Assembly: GCA_964016885.1 (NCBI GenBank)
Contig: OZ024743.1
Span: forward strand, 362,204,001-362,268,000
Reading direction: 5' to 3'
From: Eledone cirrhosa
Lineage: Eukaryota
Length of the DNA stretch: 64,000 nt
The notes under the pieces were generated by a model. That model had not been told where the DNA came from. It ran no database searches and saw only the letters and a list, made by a program, of their open reading frames with translations. A program made the translations under genes and the position numbers. Positions 12,195 to 25,009 of this stretch are shown here, piece by piece; position 1 is the first letter of the stretch, and each line of letters starts with the position of its first letter.

Positions 12195-15100
12195 TGGTAG
12201 CTCTCTACGTGCTGTTTAAGTCAGAAGCCCTCGCTAGGAAACATGCAATGACCCCTTGCAAAACCAGCAATGGGAAAGCCACATGGGAAAAAGAGCTGCT
12301 CATGTCCACATTCCCGGAATTCCCCCAGGACTTCACATGTGTGGCTCCTGAGATGTGTGATTGTGGAGGGGCGAATACCGTCCCGATAGAGGTTACGAGA
12401 ACTGCCAGGGAGGACTGTTCCGGGTTTGACTCGGAGATACTTCTCCATATCAGTCTCGAGGATGTAAAAAGAATACCGGACCACATACGCCTCGAAAACG
12501 GGACGGTGGTACATATAATGACCGAGGGCAAAAGGCCGCATTGTCTCGTTTGCGGAGAAACAACCCATTTGCGAGCCTTCTGTCCTCGACTGCTAAAAGG
12601 TGCAAGGGGTCGAATGTCCCCACTGCTGCCAACGCCGGGGCGAGGAACACCACCCACACCAGCACCGGCATAACTACCAGCAACAACACCAACGGAAACG
12701 CCACTACCAATACTGGCCAACCAGGGGGGGGGGGGAGCTCTCACATCCTCCCCACCCAAAAAACACACATTTACAAAAACATAAACACACACACAGACGC
12801 AGACACACTTACAGCCTCAGAACTCTCATCTTGAGTGAAAATCCAAATCCCCCAAAAAACAAAAAATAAAACACACAAAGAATTAGCCCCAACAAACCAC
12901 AAAAACACACACAGCACAAAATGCAGACACCACCCACGCAAAAACTTCTCCAACAACACTGACACCACCACCTTCACTATCACCACAATCCCCCAAACGC
13001 AAACAAACTCAACAGACACAAAAACAAATAAACACACAGACATCTGAAATTGCTGACACCACACACACAACAAACACAGATACCCCGAAAAAACACCAAC
13101 AAACCCTTCACCACCCCAATCAGCCAAACGCAAACAATAAAACTGCACCAATAAAACATACAAAACTTCGTGATTGTCAGAAGGACCAACGAGAAATTGA
13201 TGGCCCTCGTAGCACGAAATGAGGAAATCAAAACAGAGGGGGAGATTTTTGAATCGAGCACATTTCGCGTGCCAGAAGATTTGTTTCTGGTGCAAATGTC
13301 ACTCGATTCCTACAAAGGAATTCGAGAGAGCTTTCCTCGGGACGTGGGAACCCCGAACGTTAAACTCACATCGAGACTTTAAAAGGTGTTCTCAAAAGAA
13401 ACCCCACCACATATTGAGGTCGAACCACCCGACCTCCACAAGACTCCGGAAGGTAAGTAAACCTTTACTCTCTTTTTTAGCCTGCCAACAATGGCCATAT
13501 TAAGAGTAGGAAGTTTAAATTTCAACAACCTCAGGTTTCTAGAGATGGATGTAATTGCCGTCAGCGAGACCAGGATTTCAGACACGCGCGCACTAGCCGC
13601 CATTTTCGACGACTATCAGATATTCGCAACTGGTAGTCGACCGGGGTGGCAGTGCTGTTTAAGAAAGGCCTGGATCTCGAGGAAAGGTTCATCTTCCGAG
13701 ACCCGGACGGTAAGTTGGTGGTCTTTAACGAGAACAATAGTGAAGGTAGTGCTTTTATACTCGTGGCCGTCAACGCCCCTAACGGGGCCGGACGGCCGGA
13801 ATTCTTTACGCACCTGGAAGCTTTTCTGGGTACGTCTCACCCGTTCTTGTTAGCGGGGGACTGAAACGGCATCTTAGACGCACGCTGGGATTGTGTGGGA
13901 GTAGCTGACAGGAGCAGGGGATGCAAAAGCCTCAAGTACCTAATCAGCCAGTTCAAACTGTCAGACAGGTACCGACTAGATGTTCCTAATGCGCCAGTGT
14001 GAACATGGACCAACCGCATAAGATCATCTTGATCGTATATAGAGAAGATTCTCATTAGGAAAATAGATAGAAATAGTGTAGGCTGTCCACTTTTTAAAAC
14101 GGTTGCCTATTCAGATCACAAGTTTGTAATCTGTATGGTCGACCTAGATAAGACGCGTAGGTTAGGACCTGGTTACTGGAAGCTGAACATGTCGTTTTCG
14201 ACACGTAAGGCTTACAGGGACCGGGTCAACAATTTAGTTAAACAACATTTGACCGGGGCGTCGACAACAACAGGTGAGCAATTTGAGTAACTTGGATAGG
14301 GCTTAGCAAAGAAGTAGCGTTAGAGAAAAATAGAAAGGAGGGAGAGCTTGTAGCTTAATTAGACGAGGCTATTTGTAGTGGCATTGCAACGGGCGTGCTA
14401 GCGGTGAGAATGTCATTAGATCATTTCTTCAATGCGAAACACGAAGGTTTCATTGCGCGTGCTCTGAAAAACGAGGGAACCAAAGCTGTTCGATGGACCC
14501 GCGTAGCAGAGGCCCAGCAAGTAATAAAACCACAATTCAGTCTTTGACGGACCGAGACGGACACGAACTGAGCGATTCCAGACTTTTCGCCAGCACTTTT
14601 CTCGGTTGTTCGGGGGAAGTGCTGGGTCAGAGATGGTGGCGGACTTCAGTACCTACCTCGACGGCTTACCGCGTCTCTAGACGGCCGAGTTGAGCACTGC
14701 GAAAGGCCGATAGCTTCGGCTGAAATTTAGGATGCCCTTGTCGGCTGCACGATGCGCAAGTCCCCCGAGTTTGATGGTCTGCCCTAGCAGCTTTACGTAA
14801 ATGTGCCCAGAATTGTTCTCCGATCTCCTCGAAGTGCTCTACTGTAACTGGCAATAGAACGGAGTATTCCCAGTTCTGTGAGTCGGGGCGTTGTGACGCT
14901 GATAAAGAAAGACGAGATCAAGAGGGATACTTTAGATAACTTCAGGCCCATAACTCTATTCAACGCAGAGTTTAAGATTTTGTCCAAGGTGTTAGCGAAG
15001 AGGTTGGGCGCTTGTCGTCTAAGAATTGGTTGGGGAGGCGCAAACTTGCGCAATCCCGACTAAGTCCATACACGACAACCTCCACCTCATGCGATACATC

Positions 15101-17130
15101 ATAGAGAGGGCAGGGTGTAATACCTGGCTTAAGTGTGGCTTTGACCAATTAAGATCAAACGAAAGCATTCTATATGGAGGCTATCCTCAAGGCAGCTGGC
15201 TTCGTCCCAGTCTTCAGAAGCTGCATCGCTGCAATGCACAGCGACATCTGCTTGGTGGTCAAAGTTAATGGCCACCTCTCAGAACCGTTTCAGATCTCCC
15301 GATCGGTACGTCAGGGGTGCCCCCTCCACCCTTCTGTATATATTGACTCTCGAGCCTTTACTGCAGAAGCTGGAGCTGTTGCAGGGCATCCCCATCGAAC
15401 CGTGACGTGGAAAGACAGTGTCGGCATATGCGGACGGCATCACCGTGATGGTGTCGTACACCTCAGAAATCGAGGTGGTCGGCACCTTTTTGGAGGAATA
15501 TGAAAGGTTGACGGGAGCGAAGTTTAACCCAGAAAAGGCGGTGGACTTGCAACTCGGCACCTGAATAGGCAAGTCCATGCCGTCCAACAGCGTTGTTGGG
15601 TGCCTGACGGCCGAACCGGTAAAGTTACTCGGAGTTTGGTTCGGACTAGACTTCCAGGTAGATAGGAATTGGGACGAGGTAACGATCAGGGTAGCCAGAC
15701 TTACCCAGAAATGGGCCAAGAGGAAGCTGTCACTGAAAGGTCGGATGGAGGAGGCGAATACGTACATCATATCCGTCATCTACTACCGCCTGACCGTCGT
15801 GCCTTGGCCCCGTCTGCACCTCAACAAGCCCCTCTTCAACGTCTTGTTGCGGGGGCAGGTTCCGTGGGTGAGGCGGACCATCTGCTTCCAGATGGGCATG
15901 GCGTGGCTAATGATGCGCAGGCATGCGTTGGGGCTGCGGCATCTCCAGATGTTCTGCTTAATCAGTGAACAGGTGAGTGTCGCCGTTTATCAGACGGGCC
16001 TTTCCGCAACTCATTTCTTTGACTGAGTTGCAGTCCTGGGTCAAGAAGAGACCGAGATTGGAGAACTGGCATCTGGAATGTTGCCAGGCACTTATGGCCC
16101 TCTACCAGGTGAGCAATGTGGTCAGTGGAACTTCCACTGTTGAGTTCTATACTGGATTAGTGGTGGGCAACTCGGAGAGGCTCGGGGGGTTGATGAAATC
16201 GAATTAACCAGACTCTTCCGGAGGTCGTTCGAGTCGATGATGATGGATAACTTCCAGATATCCCTCGTTTGACAGTGCTACCTTGGGACACCGCTGGTTC
16301 AAGATAAATTCTACAGGCACGGAAGTGCTGTCAGACGGACCTCCCGTCTTCCAGTGTCCGTTCTGCACCCCCATCTTCCACTGTCTTTCAACGTCCCGGT
16401 TCGATCGGGATGCCCTGCAACAGCTCCAGCTTCTGCAGTAAAGGCTCGAGAGTCAATATATACAGAAAGGTGGAGGGGCACCCCTGACGGACCGATCGGG
16501 AGATCTGAAACGGTTCTGAGAGGTTGCCATTAACTTTGACCACCAAGCAGATGTCGCTGACTTGTGGAATTATGTGGAACAGCTGTTGTCGTATGTAGAA
16601 CGGATCCGGCTATTGGCCGAGTTCATAGTGAAGATCTACCAGCCGCCTTCTTTTGGCCAGGAAGGGCGGCGGGCAATTTTCCTCTGTCTGGTGGCAGTAG
16701 CGAAAGAGGTTGTATGGTGGACCAGGTAGAAAGGACTGAAGACAAACACTATTCGGCCAATCGCTCATCAACTTTTTCAAGTTTCACTTGGAAAGGAATG
16801 TGAGCGTGGAGAGAGAATGGTGTTCCCCAGTACATTTGTTAAAAGGTGAGTAAATGTGAGGAGAATGACCCGCGTGAATGGACCCACTCTATGTAGGGTG
16901 ATTAATGTGAGGGGGAGAGGGGTGCCCTTCCCAGGTGCCCTGGAAGCGCCGAGTGGTTCATGATTGGTGGAGTATCTGGTTGCACTTGAGTCGTCCATCC
17001 CCCTATTGGGGAATTTTCATTGTTGTAATTTTCTTGTTATTTTGTTATTGTTATTTATCTTTTTACACGTTGTATATGTAAACCCCCCACTGTCCCTGTC
17101 TATTGTATTATCCCCTTGTCGGCCCTTGTC
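12195..17130 (+). mobile_element. Degenerate Tx1/L1-clade LINE (family A)
   Basis: ORF1 remnant with CCHC knuckle (CLVCGETTHLRAFC). ORF2 from 13491 (MAILRVGSLN) has APE and RT motifs (FRPITL, RQGCPL, AYADG) broken by many stops and frameshifts. Confidence 0.92.
13453..13480 (+). promoter_or_regulatory. Putative splice donor (AAG|GTAAGT) and acceptor (TTTTTTAG|) between ORF1 and ORF2, family A
   Basis: Consensus match; equivalent donors at 50920, 56860 and 62585. Confidence 0.6.
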
Positions 17131-17134
17131 GCCA

Positions 17135-17535
17135 GTCGATAAAGTAAAGTACCAGTTGCGCACTGGGGTCGATTTAATCGACTTTCCCCTCACCCAAAAT
17201 TGCCGGCCTTGTGCCTATATAAGAAACCATTATTATTGTTGTTAACAACAATAGTGGGGGGGGGGATTGGCAGTATCCGTAGAGGGTCGGACGCCATGCT
17301 TTCCAGCATAGTTACGTCCTTTTACGATCTGAGTTCAAATCCCGCCGAGGTTGACTTTGCCTTTCATCCTTACGGGGTCGATAAAATAAAGTACCAGTAA
17401 TGCACTGGATAATTGCTGGCCTTGTGCCTAAAGTAGAAACAATTATTATTGTTGTTAACGTTGCCTTTCAAATAAAATAAAGTACCAGTAATGCACTGGT
17501 AATTGCTGGCCTTGTGCCAAAAAGTTGAAACAATC
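17135..17535 (+). mobile_element. Cluster of SINEs: partial 17135-17237, full 17263-17450, partial 17461-17535
   Basis: Same family as 10041-10224. Confidence 0.87.
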
Positions 17536-18044
17536 ATTGTTGTTTTTGTTGTTGATGGTGATGGTGGTGTGGTGGGGGTGTCGTCGTCGTCTTTGTTGCT
17601 TTTTTTGTTTTGTTTTGTTTTGTTTTGTTATTTTGCACTATTACTGATTCCCTTTAAACAAATTGCCTCAAACTATATAAGAAACACACCAACGTTTATT
17701 TTCCCTATATTTTCCAAATAACAGTATAGTAAATGGCTTTATAATGATTGCTGTAATTCTCCCTCGTATATTAATAGGATAGGGGATTATTACGTCTTAA
17801 AACCATTTTTATTTAGTTGTAAATAATAAGGGGAATTGTATCTCTCAATATAATCGACAAACAAAATAATCTCGATATAATTGATAAGATATATCCTACA
17901 TATATATAGACAGACATAAATACATACATATTACATACTTAAATACATACATATAGACAGACTGACAAACAGACAAACACACAGACAAACATAGATAGAC
18001 GCATAAACAGTCAGGCTGATTGATAGACAGGTAGATAGATAGAT

Positions 18045-18095
18045 ATGTTTCTTTATTAGCCACAGGGTCACAAAAGAAGGGGACAAATACAAAGG
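18045..18095 (-). mobile_element. ~50-bp 3'-terminal fragment of Tx1 family D within (GATA)n
   Basis: Near-identical to 18117-18165, with GATA repeats on both sides. Confidence 0.85.
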
Positions 18096-18116
18096 TAGAT
18101 AGATAGATAGATAGAT

Positions 18117-20179
18117 ATATTTCTTTATTAGCCACAGGGGCACAAAAGAAGGGGACAAATACAAAGGGGGAAGTTTACATACAATAAAAACGTGTAAAAT
18201 GTTATCACAGATGGAATTTAAAAGTTAGTCGATTTTCCCCAATAGAGGGAGACAGTTTATATGGGTAACACATACCCCCGAAAAAATGTGCAACCCTCAT
18301 CTCCAGGAGTACGAAGAGCTTGTACTCCTTTCCTCTCCTCCTCCTTTTCCTCAATCTACAGGCTGATATAGAGAGAAGGCCCATTCACTCGGGCCATTCT
18401 CGCCACTTTCACCCACCTTTCATAAAACTTGCTGCGGTACAGCACCTCTCTCTCCATCCTGATTCTTCTTCCAAAGTGGTATTTGAAAAAAAGAATCAGT
18501 TGTTGGCCGGAGAGAAAGGTGTCTGACCTCAGCCCTTTCAACCTTGTCCACCATACAACCTCTTTCGCCATAGCTATCACACAAAGGAAAACCGCCTCTC
18601 CTTCGTTTTTGAAGGAGGGTGGCGGTTTGATCATGACAATGGACTCGGTGGTCAACTGGATTGGTCCCACCCGCGACAATAGTCGTTCTACATATCCCCA
18701 CAGGTCAGTGACGCCCGGGCAGTGTATGAATGCGTGCGCGACGGTTTCTTCGTCTCGCACGCACCTCGGACAGATCTTTTTTGCAGGGTCCCTGCCCGGG
18801 CGCCCATGTCTGTAGAGCTTGTCTCGAACTGGTAGAGCTCCTCGGTAGCACTGCCAGGCCAGGGACTTTTGGAAGTTGTCCATCGGTCCCGGGCGGAAGG
18901 TCCTACCGAACAGACTGGCCAGTTCATCTTCCTCCACGCCTAGAGTTTCACCGAGCGCGTCGTCGCACTTGCTGCGGACCAACCCTCTATAGAATGACGA
19001 AGTGGAGTCTCCACTGATCGCCGGGTCCGCCTGCCAGAGGGCTGTGAGCGCCTGAGCACATTCGATGTGCCAGTCGCCCATTTTCCTCGGTCTCTGCTTG
19101 ACCCAGGACTGCAGCTCGGTCAGTGAGACGAGTCGTGGGAAGGCTCGCCTCACGAACGGGGCCCACACCGGTTGTCCGGTGAGGAATACGTAGAGATGCC
19201 GCAGCCTGAGCGTGTGTTTGCGCATCGTCAACCACGGCATCCCCAGCCCTCCGTTAGAAGGGTGTTGGCAGCAGATGGATCTTCTTACCAAAGGAGCCCG
19301 CCTCTTCCAAAGGAATCGGAAGAGGGCGCGCTCCATTTTGGCGAGCGTTTTGGCTGGACAAGGCACGACGGTCAAGCGGTAGTAGATGGCGGACGCTATA
19401 AAAGTGTTCGCCACCTCCGCTCGACCTTTCAAGGATAGTTTGCACTCGGCCCACTTCTGGGTGAGTGCAAACACCTTGGCCGTCACTTCGTTCCAGTTCT
19501 TCTCCACCTGGAGGTCCGGACCAAACCAGACCCCGAGCAGCTTTACCGGTCCTTCCGTCCAGCGTCCGACGACGCCATCGGAAGGCATCGGTCTGCATCT
19601 CCACGATCCGAGTTGCAAACCGATGGACTTGTCCCGGTTCAGCTTCGCTCCTGTGAGACTTTCGTATTCCTTTAGTAAGGTGCCGACTTTCTCGATTTGC
19701 GAGGCGCTCGACACCATTACTGCACGTCGTCGGCGTAGGCCGACGCCGCTTTCCGCAGTCCCGGTTCCAGAGGGATGCCCTGCAATAGCTCCAGCTTCCG
19801 CAGTAGTGGCTCGAGAGTCAGTACGTACAGAAGGGAGGAGAGAGGGCATCCCTGTCGAATGGATCGCGTAATATGGAACGGCTCCGAGAGGTAACCGTTC
19901 ACCTTGAACCTTGAGCAGATGTTGCTGTTGTGCATTGCAGCAATCCAGCCCCTGAACACGGGTCCGAAGCCTGCCGCCTCGAGCACCGCATCCAGGTAAC
20001 GATGGTCAACCCTATCGAAAGCCTTAGACTGATCCAAGTTGATCAGGGCCCCACCGAAGCCGGGTTTACACCCTACCCTCTCTATGATGTATCGCATGAG
20101 GTGGAGGTTGTCGTGTATGGACCTGGTCGGGATCGCGCATGTCTGCGCTTCTCCCACCAGGTTCTCGACGACAAGCGCC

Positions 20180-20180
<1 letters not shown>
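18117..20180 (-). mobile_element. 5'-truncated Tx1 family D copy
   Basis: Near-identical to 58866-60930, with one frameshift near 19722. (TAGA)n lies at both junctions (18096-18116, 20181-20242). Confidence 0.95.
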
Positions 20181-20243
<63 letters not shown>

Positions 20244-20749
20244 GAAGAGAGAGAAAAAATATATTCATATATATTCATAATATTACTGTCATTACGCTAT
20301 CTTTCTATTCTAAGTTTTGTGGGTTCCCGTTTGATCAACGATAACCGACAGAAGTAAGTTAACAGAGTGTAATCTCACTGATATAATGGTTTCTAATTTA
20401 GACACAAAGCCAACAATGTTGGGGGAGAGTAAAGTCGATTACAATGACATCAATACGTGACTGGTATTATATTATATATATGTATATATATATAGAGAGA
20501 GAGAGAGGGGGGGAGACAAACAGACCGAGATAAGGGAGTACGATAGAAGTTAGATAAATATGTATGTATGTAGCCCTATGTAAATGTATGTGTGCGCACG
20601 TGTACGTGTGTGTGAGTGGTTATGTTTGTAGAATGATTCAGAGAGAGTGATAGCGACATCTGAGTGACTTTGTTTAGTTTACTTAAATATTTCTAAAGGA
20701 AACATATATATGTGTGCATGTATGTATATATATATACATACTAGTGTGC

Positions 20750-21261
20750 GTCTGTATACATATATGTATGTACTTAATATTTAAGTATCAGCCGTACTAA
20801 AAGTGAGAAATGAAATTTCATTTTTCCATTTATCGTTTTGGGTACGCCCGGCCGACTAACTCACTCGATATGCAAATTAGGATGCTCAGCCGTTAATATG
20901 CATAAGGAAAGTATATACTTTCAAATGTTCAATCAACTGACAGGAAGGTATACGGTGCTGATGACAGGTAATAAGCTAGAAACTAGTTCATCGTTCCTTT
21001 ATCAGTGTTGAACAAAATGGCAACGATGGTTGCCGAACACTGTACGGCTAATAATTCGGGCTGTTTGTTTACAACCAAACCGAGCATTATAATAAATGTT
21101 CGGTAAACCCATATGTACATATATATATGTGTGTGCATGTATGTATGTATATACATACTACTGTACGTCTGTATACATATATGTATGTACGTATACATAA
21201 TACATACTTATATTTAAGTATCAGCCGTACTAAGAGTGAGAAATGAAATTTCACTTATTCC

Positions 21262-21264
<3 letters not shown>
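20750..21264 (+). mobile_element. Short non-coding element with ~80-bp terminal direct repeats and a degenerate hammerhead (20952-20994)
   Basis: 20750-20830 is repeated at 21168-21264 (AAGTATCAGCCGTACTAA.AGTGAGAAATGAAATTTCA). Contains ACGGTG-CTGATGA..GAAA-CTAG-TT-CATCGT with a poor stem II. Confidence 0.55.
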
Positions 21265-21314
<50 letters not shown>

Positions 21315-21318
<4 letters not shown>

Positions 21319-21971
21319 AAGAATGACACCGACGGCTGAGCTCAAGTTTGGTGGTTCACCAATGGATAGAACTGGTCATTTCGTATAGTCAGCCATGATA
21401 TAATATTAGGAAAAGCACTCGACGTTATGCAACTCATCCATCTTCGATGTTGAATCTTGTTGGTGGTACCAGAGCGAAGTTAATTATTATTGAGTAAATT
21501 GACAGGACGCCGGGCCGGTGAAATCCCTTCAACGATTTATTATAGCAAACACTATGTACATTTCCGTGGCCAAGTTCCGTAATGGTGGCATCATCGGGTG
21601 TTTATTGCATAATACTTATATAATAAAGGAATAATGGTAAACACAATCCTAGAGGCTAAAAAAACTCACAGAGACTGGAAGGTGGTCAGGGCCAGTGCTT
21701 GCCAGTTTCAGCATGCTCACTGTAAACCGAAGATAAAGGTTTATATTTCGGGTATGTCACTATCTTATACATCAAACATTATATTTTATCTGATGAAAGC
21801 ATACTATAATTCGGTATCCTTGAAATACGTATAATAAAAATATATATGATGCTATAGTGATATTTTCCAATTATTACTATTAATAATATTATAATACTCC
21901 AGATAAAATTTCCCACTGTAGAGTGCTTCATAACTCTGTTGAATATTCATCAACAAAGCATATAACTCATT

Positions 21972-21975
<4 letters not shown>
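21315..21975 (+). mobile_element. Non-autonomous PLE/retrozyme-like element inserted in (TA)n
   Basis: Contains a hammerhead. Its downstream sequence resembles that after the 33.2 kb hammerhead. TA repeats on both sides. Confidence 0.55.
21784..21839 (+). ncRNA. Type I hammerhead ribozyme
   Basis: TTTTAT-CTGATGA(21790-96)-AAGCATAC/GTATCCTT stem II-GAAA(21822-25)-TACGTA-TA-ATAAAA. Confidence 0.8.
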
Positions 21976-22014
<39 letters not shown>

Positions 22015-22019
22015 ATATC

Positions 22020-22262
22020 TAGGGCGGGTCAAATTCCCGAGATCCATGATGTGGTCGAGAGGAAGAGCAAAGCCTGGGCAGCGTGCCACAGCTTGAGATC
22101 GGTGTGGAAGTCGGACCTTCGTAAAGACCTAAAGATACACTTCTTCGTTGCTGTAGTGGAGTCTGTGCTGCTGTACGGGTCTGAGACTTGGACACTGACC
22201 AAGAAACTCACTCAGATGGTGGATGAGTGCTACACGAGAATGCTGAGGATGGCTCTGACATT
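22020..22262 (+). pseudogene. RTE-like ORF2 fragment (post-RT thumb region) between (TA)n tracts
   Basis: [46 protein letters not shown]. Confidence 0.8.
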
Positions 22263-22267
22263 AATCA

Positions 22268-22385
<118 letters not shown>

Positions 22386-22450
22386 AATAGTAGAACACTG
22401 CGGGGTTATATCCGTATTAGTAGATCACTCTGTCCATGGGACTTGTTTGG

Positions 22451-22592
22451 TAGAAGTAGTTCCACAACAGTTAGTTCACCATACCGAGAACAAATGTTTC
22501 ACCTTGGTCAGAAACATACCGAGCTGAGGATTCGCATAAGGTGAAACATTTGTTCCCGGTATGATGAACTAACTATTGTGGAACAACTTCTA
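22451..22592 (+). ncRNA. Degenerate hammerhead (22515-22563) preceded by an inverted copy of its 3' half
   Basis: CATACCGAG-CTGAGGA..GAAA-CATTTG-TT-CCCGGTATG. 22451-22505 is the reverse complement of 22538-22592 and restores the perfect stem I strand CTCGGTATG. Confidence 0.6.
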
Positions 22593-22705
22593 TATATACG
22601 TATATATATGTTTATAAATACATATTCATACATGCATTCAGGCACACACACGTAATCATTCAGACACGCATCTCTCCATCCATCCGTACAAACAAAACAC
22701 ACACA

Positions 22706-22769
<64 letters not shown>

Positions 22770-22984
22770 CACACACACATCCACACACATAAAGAAATAC
22801 ACAGATATCTACACTCATACATATAAACAGTCATACATACGTGCATATATACACATACAAATTACGTGCTTTTCTGAAAAATACTTGTAATATGCAAAAA
22901 CATTTTTTATTATATTTCTTTATGTGCAAATATATAATGCCATATGTATGCATGTATGTATATACATATATATCCTATCTATAA

Positions 22985-23577
22985 GCTCCCTCAAAATATT
23001 GCTGCTGATCGTAATAAATGGAGAAAGACTGTATATGAGGGAAAAGTTGCCTTTGAGGCATCTCGAATCGCACACGAGAAAGTAAAGCGGGATGTGAGGA
23101 AGGGCATTGCTGTTGCACTTCCAGACGGTGAGGGTCCTCCTATGGTTCTGACATGCAGCGTCTGTGCGAGACTCTGCCTAAGCAAAGCTGGACTCGAAAG
23201 TCATCTTCGCAGTCATAAAGTAAGACCAGTGGTTGACTACCAGGCTGCTGTTGGAGATGCTACTCATCATGCTTGCCAAACATGTGGTAGAGAATGTAAA
23301 TCAGCAGGAGGACTCAAGCGACATGCAAAAGTACACGAACTCCAACCACAGCCGACTATTCCCAGTAAATGTTTTGGTTGCCGACTCTGTGCAAGACATT
23401 TTAGATCATTGGCTTGGCTCAAAAGCCACATTCGATCGCAGCACTGTTAGTTGCTATCGTGTGTGTGTGTGTCTGTGTGTGTGTGTGTGTAGATATGCTT
23501 GTGTGCGTGCGTGTGTGTGTGTATATATATATGAATATGTATATTATTATTGTTGTTGTCGTTATTATTATTATTGC

Positions 23578-23620
<43 letters not shown>

Positions 23621-23729
23621 GTTATTAATGTATGTGTATATATGTGTGAGTGTATGTGTATGTATGTGTGTGTGTATATATGTATGTGTGTGTATGTGTG
23701 TGTGTATATGTATATATGTATATATATAT

Positions 23730-23781
<52 letters not shown>

Positions 23782-23801
23782 TTTCCCTTTTTTTTTTTTT
23801 T

Positions 23802-23837
<36 letters not shown>

Positions 23838-23889
23838 TTTTTTTTTTTTGTGCAATGGCCATACTCGATAACGAGGGGGCAGCCATCAT
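22985..23889 (+). mobile_element. 3' part of an RTE-like LINE: ORF2 C-terminus with three C2H2 fingers (to 23450) and a microsatellite-filled 3' UTR
   Basis: AADRNKWRKTVYEG..FE (RTE C-terminal motif), then three CxxC-x12-H-x3/4-H units. Terminal motif shared with 9929-9970. Confidence 0.75.
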
Positions 23890-23893
23890 ATAC

Positions 23894-23925
<32 letters not shown>

Positions 23926-25009
23926 ATGTATAGTGATATATTGATATATATGTTCATTTATCTAATATATATTGTTGTATATGAGTGTGCATCCGCGCGT
24001 ACGTTTTTATATGTATGGGTGCGTTTATGTACTTATTTATCTGATCATGTAGATATGAATCAAGAGAGAGTGGTTGGTAATAAACTCTATGAAAGACAAT
24101 GTTCGTGAACTGAATAGGAACATGGAAGCGTAGAAGATTTAGAGAACACAAATAGAAGACATAAATAGAAAAAAAGTGGGATAAAGTATATAATTAAAAA
24201 AAGGCACCTAAGAGTGATTACCAACCATTTTAGTTTTGAGTGTCTCTACTATTTCTTTTTTCTTTTGAATTCACATTATTACGATTAACTGCTTTTTTTT
24301 CCTGGAATGTATTATTGTCTTTCGTTTTTTTACTGTACTATATCGTAACCACATCTTTCTGGAATATCCATTAAATAAAGTATTTTGTAAATTGCAGACG
24401 ATGTCAGTGATCTGAATGTTACCAATGTTCAACGCAAATTATCTTTTCTAATCGAGAGAGTACTGATGTTCTGCAGCACGATATAGTAGTTAAAACATGC
24501 ACTTAGGTACTTTAATACCACGTAGACGGCTAATCTACTGAACAGGGACGAGACAGCATATGATCACGTGAAGCGAGAATAATTTCGTTCGGCTTCCAAA
24601 TGTTTGCCATGAACATTATATCGGTCATAGTCAATGGTTTAATATCAATGTTATTGTTGTTATGTTTGTAATTTTTGTTGTTATTTAGCCCAACCTTATC
24701 TAGTGGTTCAATATATTTATGGTCAAAGACATTTAATTGGTGAACAAGTGCAAATGTTTAAGCTAAGTGTATCCAGAGTACATTACTCAATGTATCCTTT
24801 GTTTCGTGGGGGAGGGGTTTCGTAAGAGAAACAGTTATTATTTGAAAGAGATTTATCAGGTCAAGCAACGATATATTCGTCTGCTCCCCCCACCCTCCAA
24901 ATTGCTGGTCTTGTGTATAAATTAGAAACCAGAAGAGTTTATTGGTTTAGGGGAGACAAAATATAGACAACTTAGTCACGTAGGAACTTAGACCGTAGTT
25001 CCTTAGACA

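Noticed and set aside
17263-17350. tRNA genes
   Set aside because: The A/B boxes belong to SINE heads; no cloverleaf, and each continues into the SINE core.
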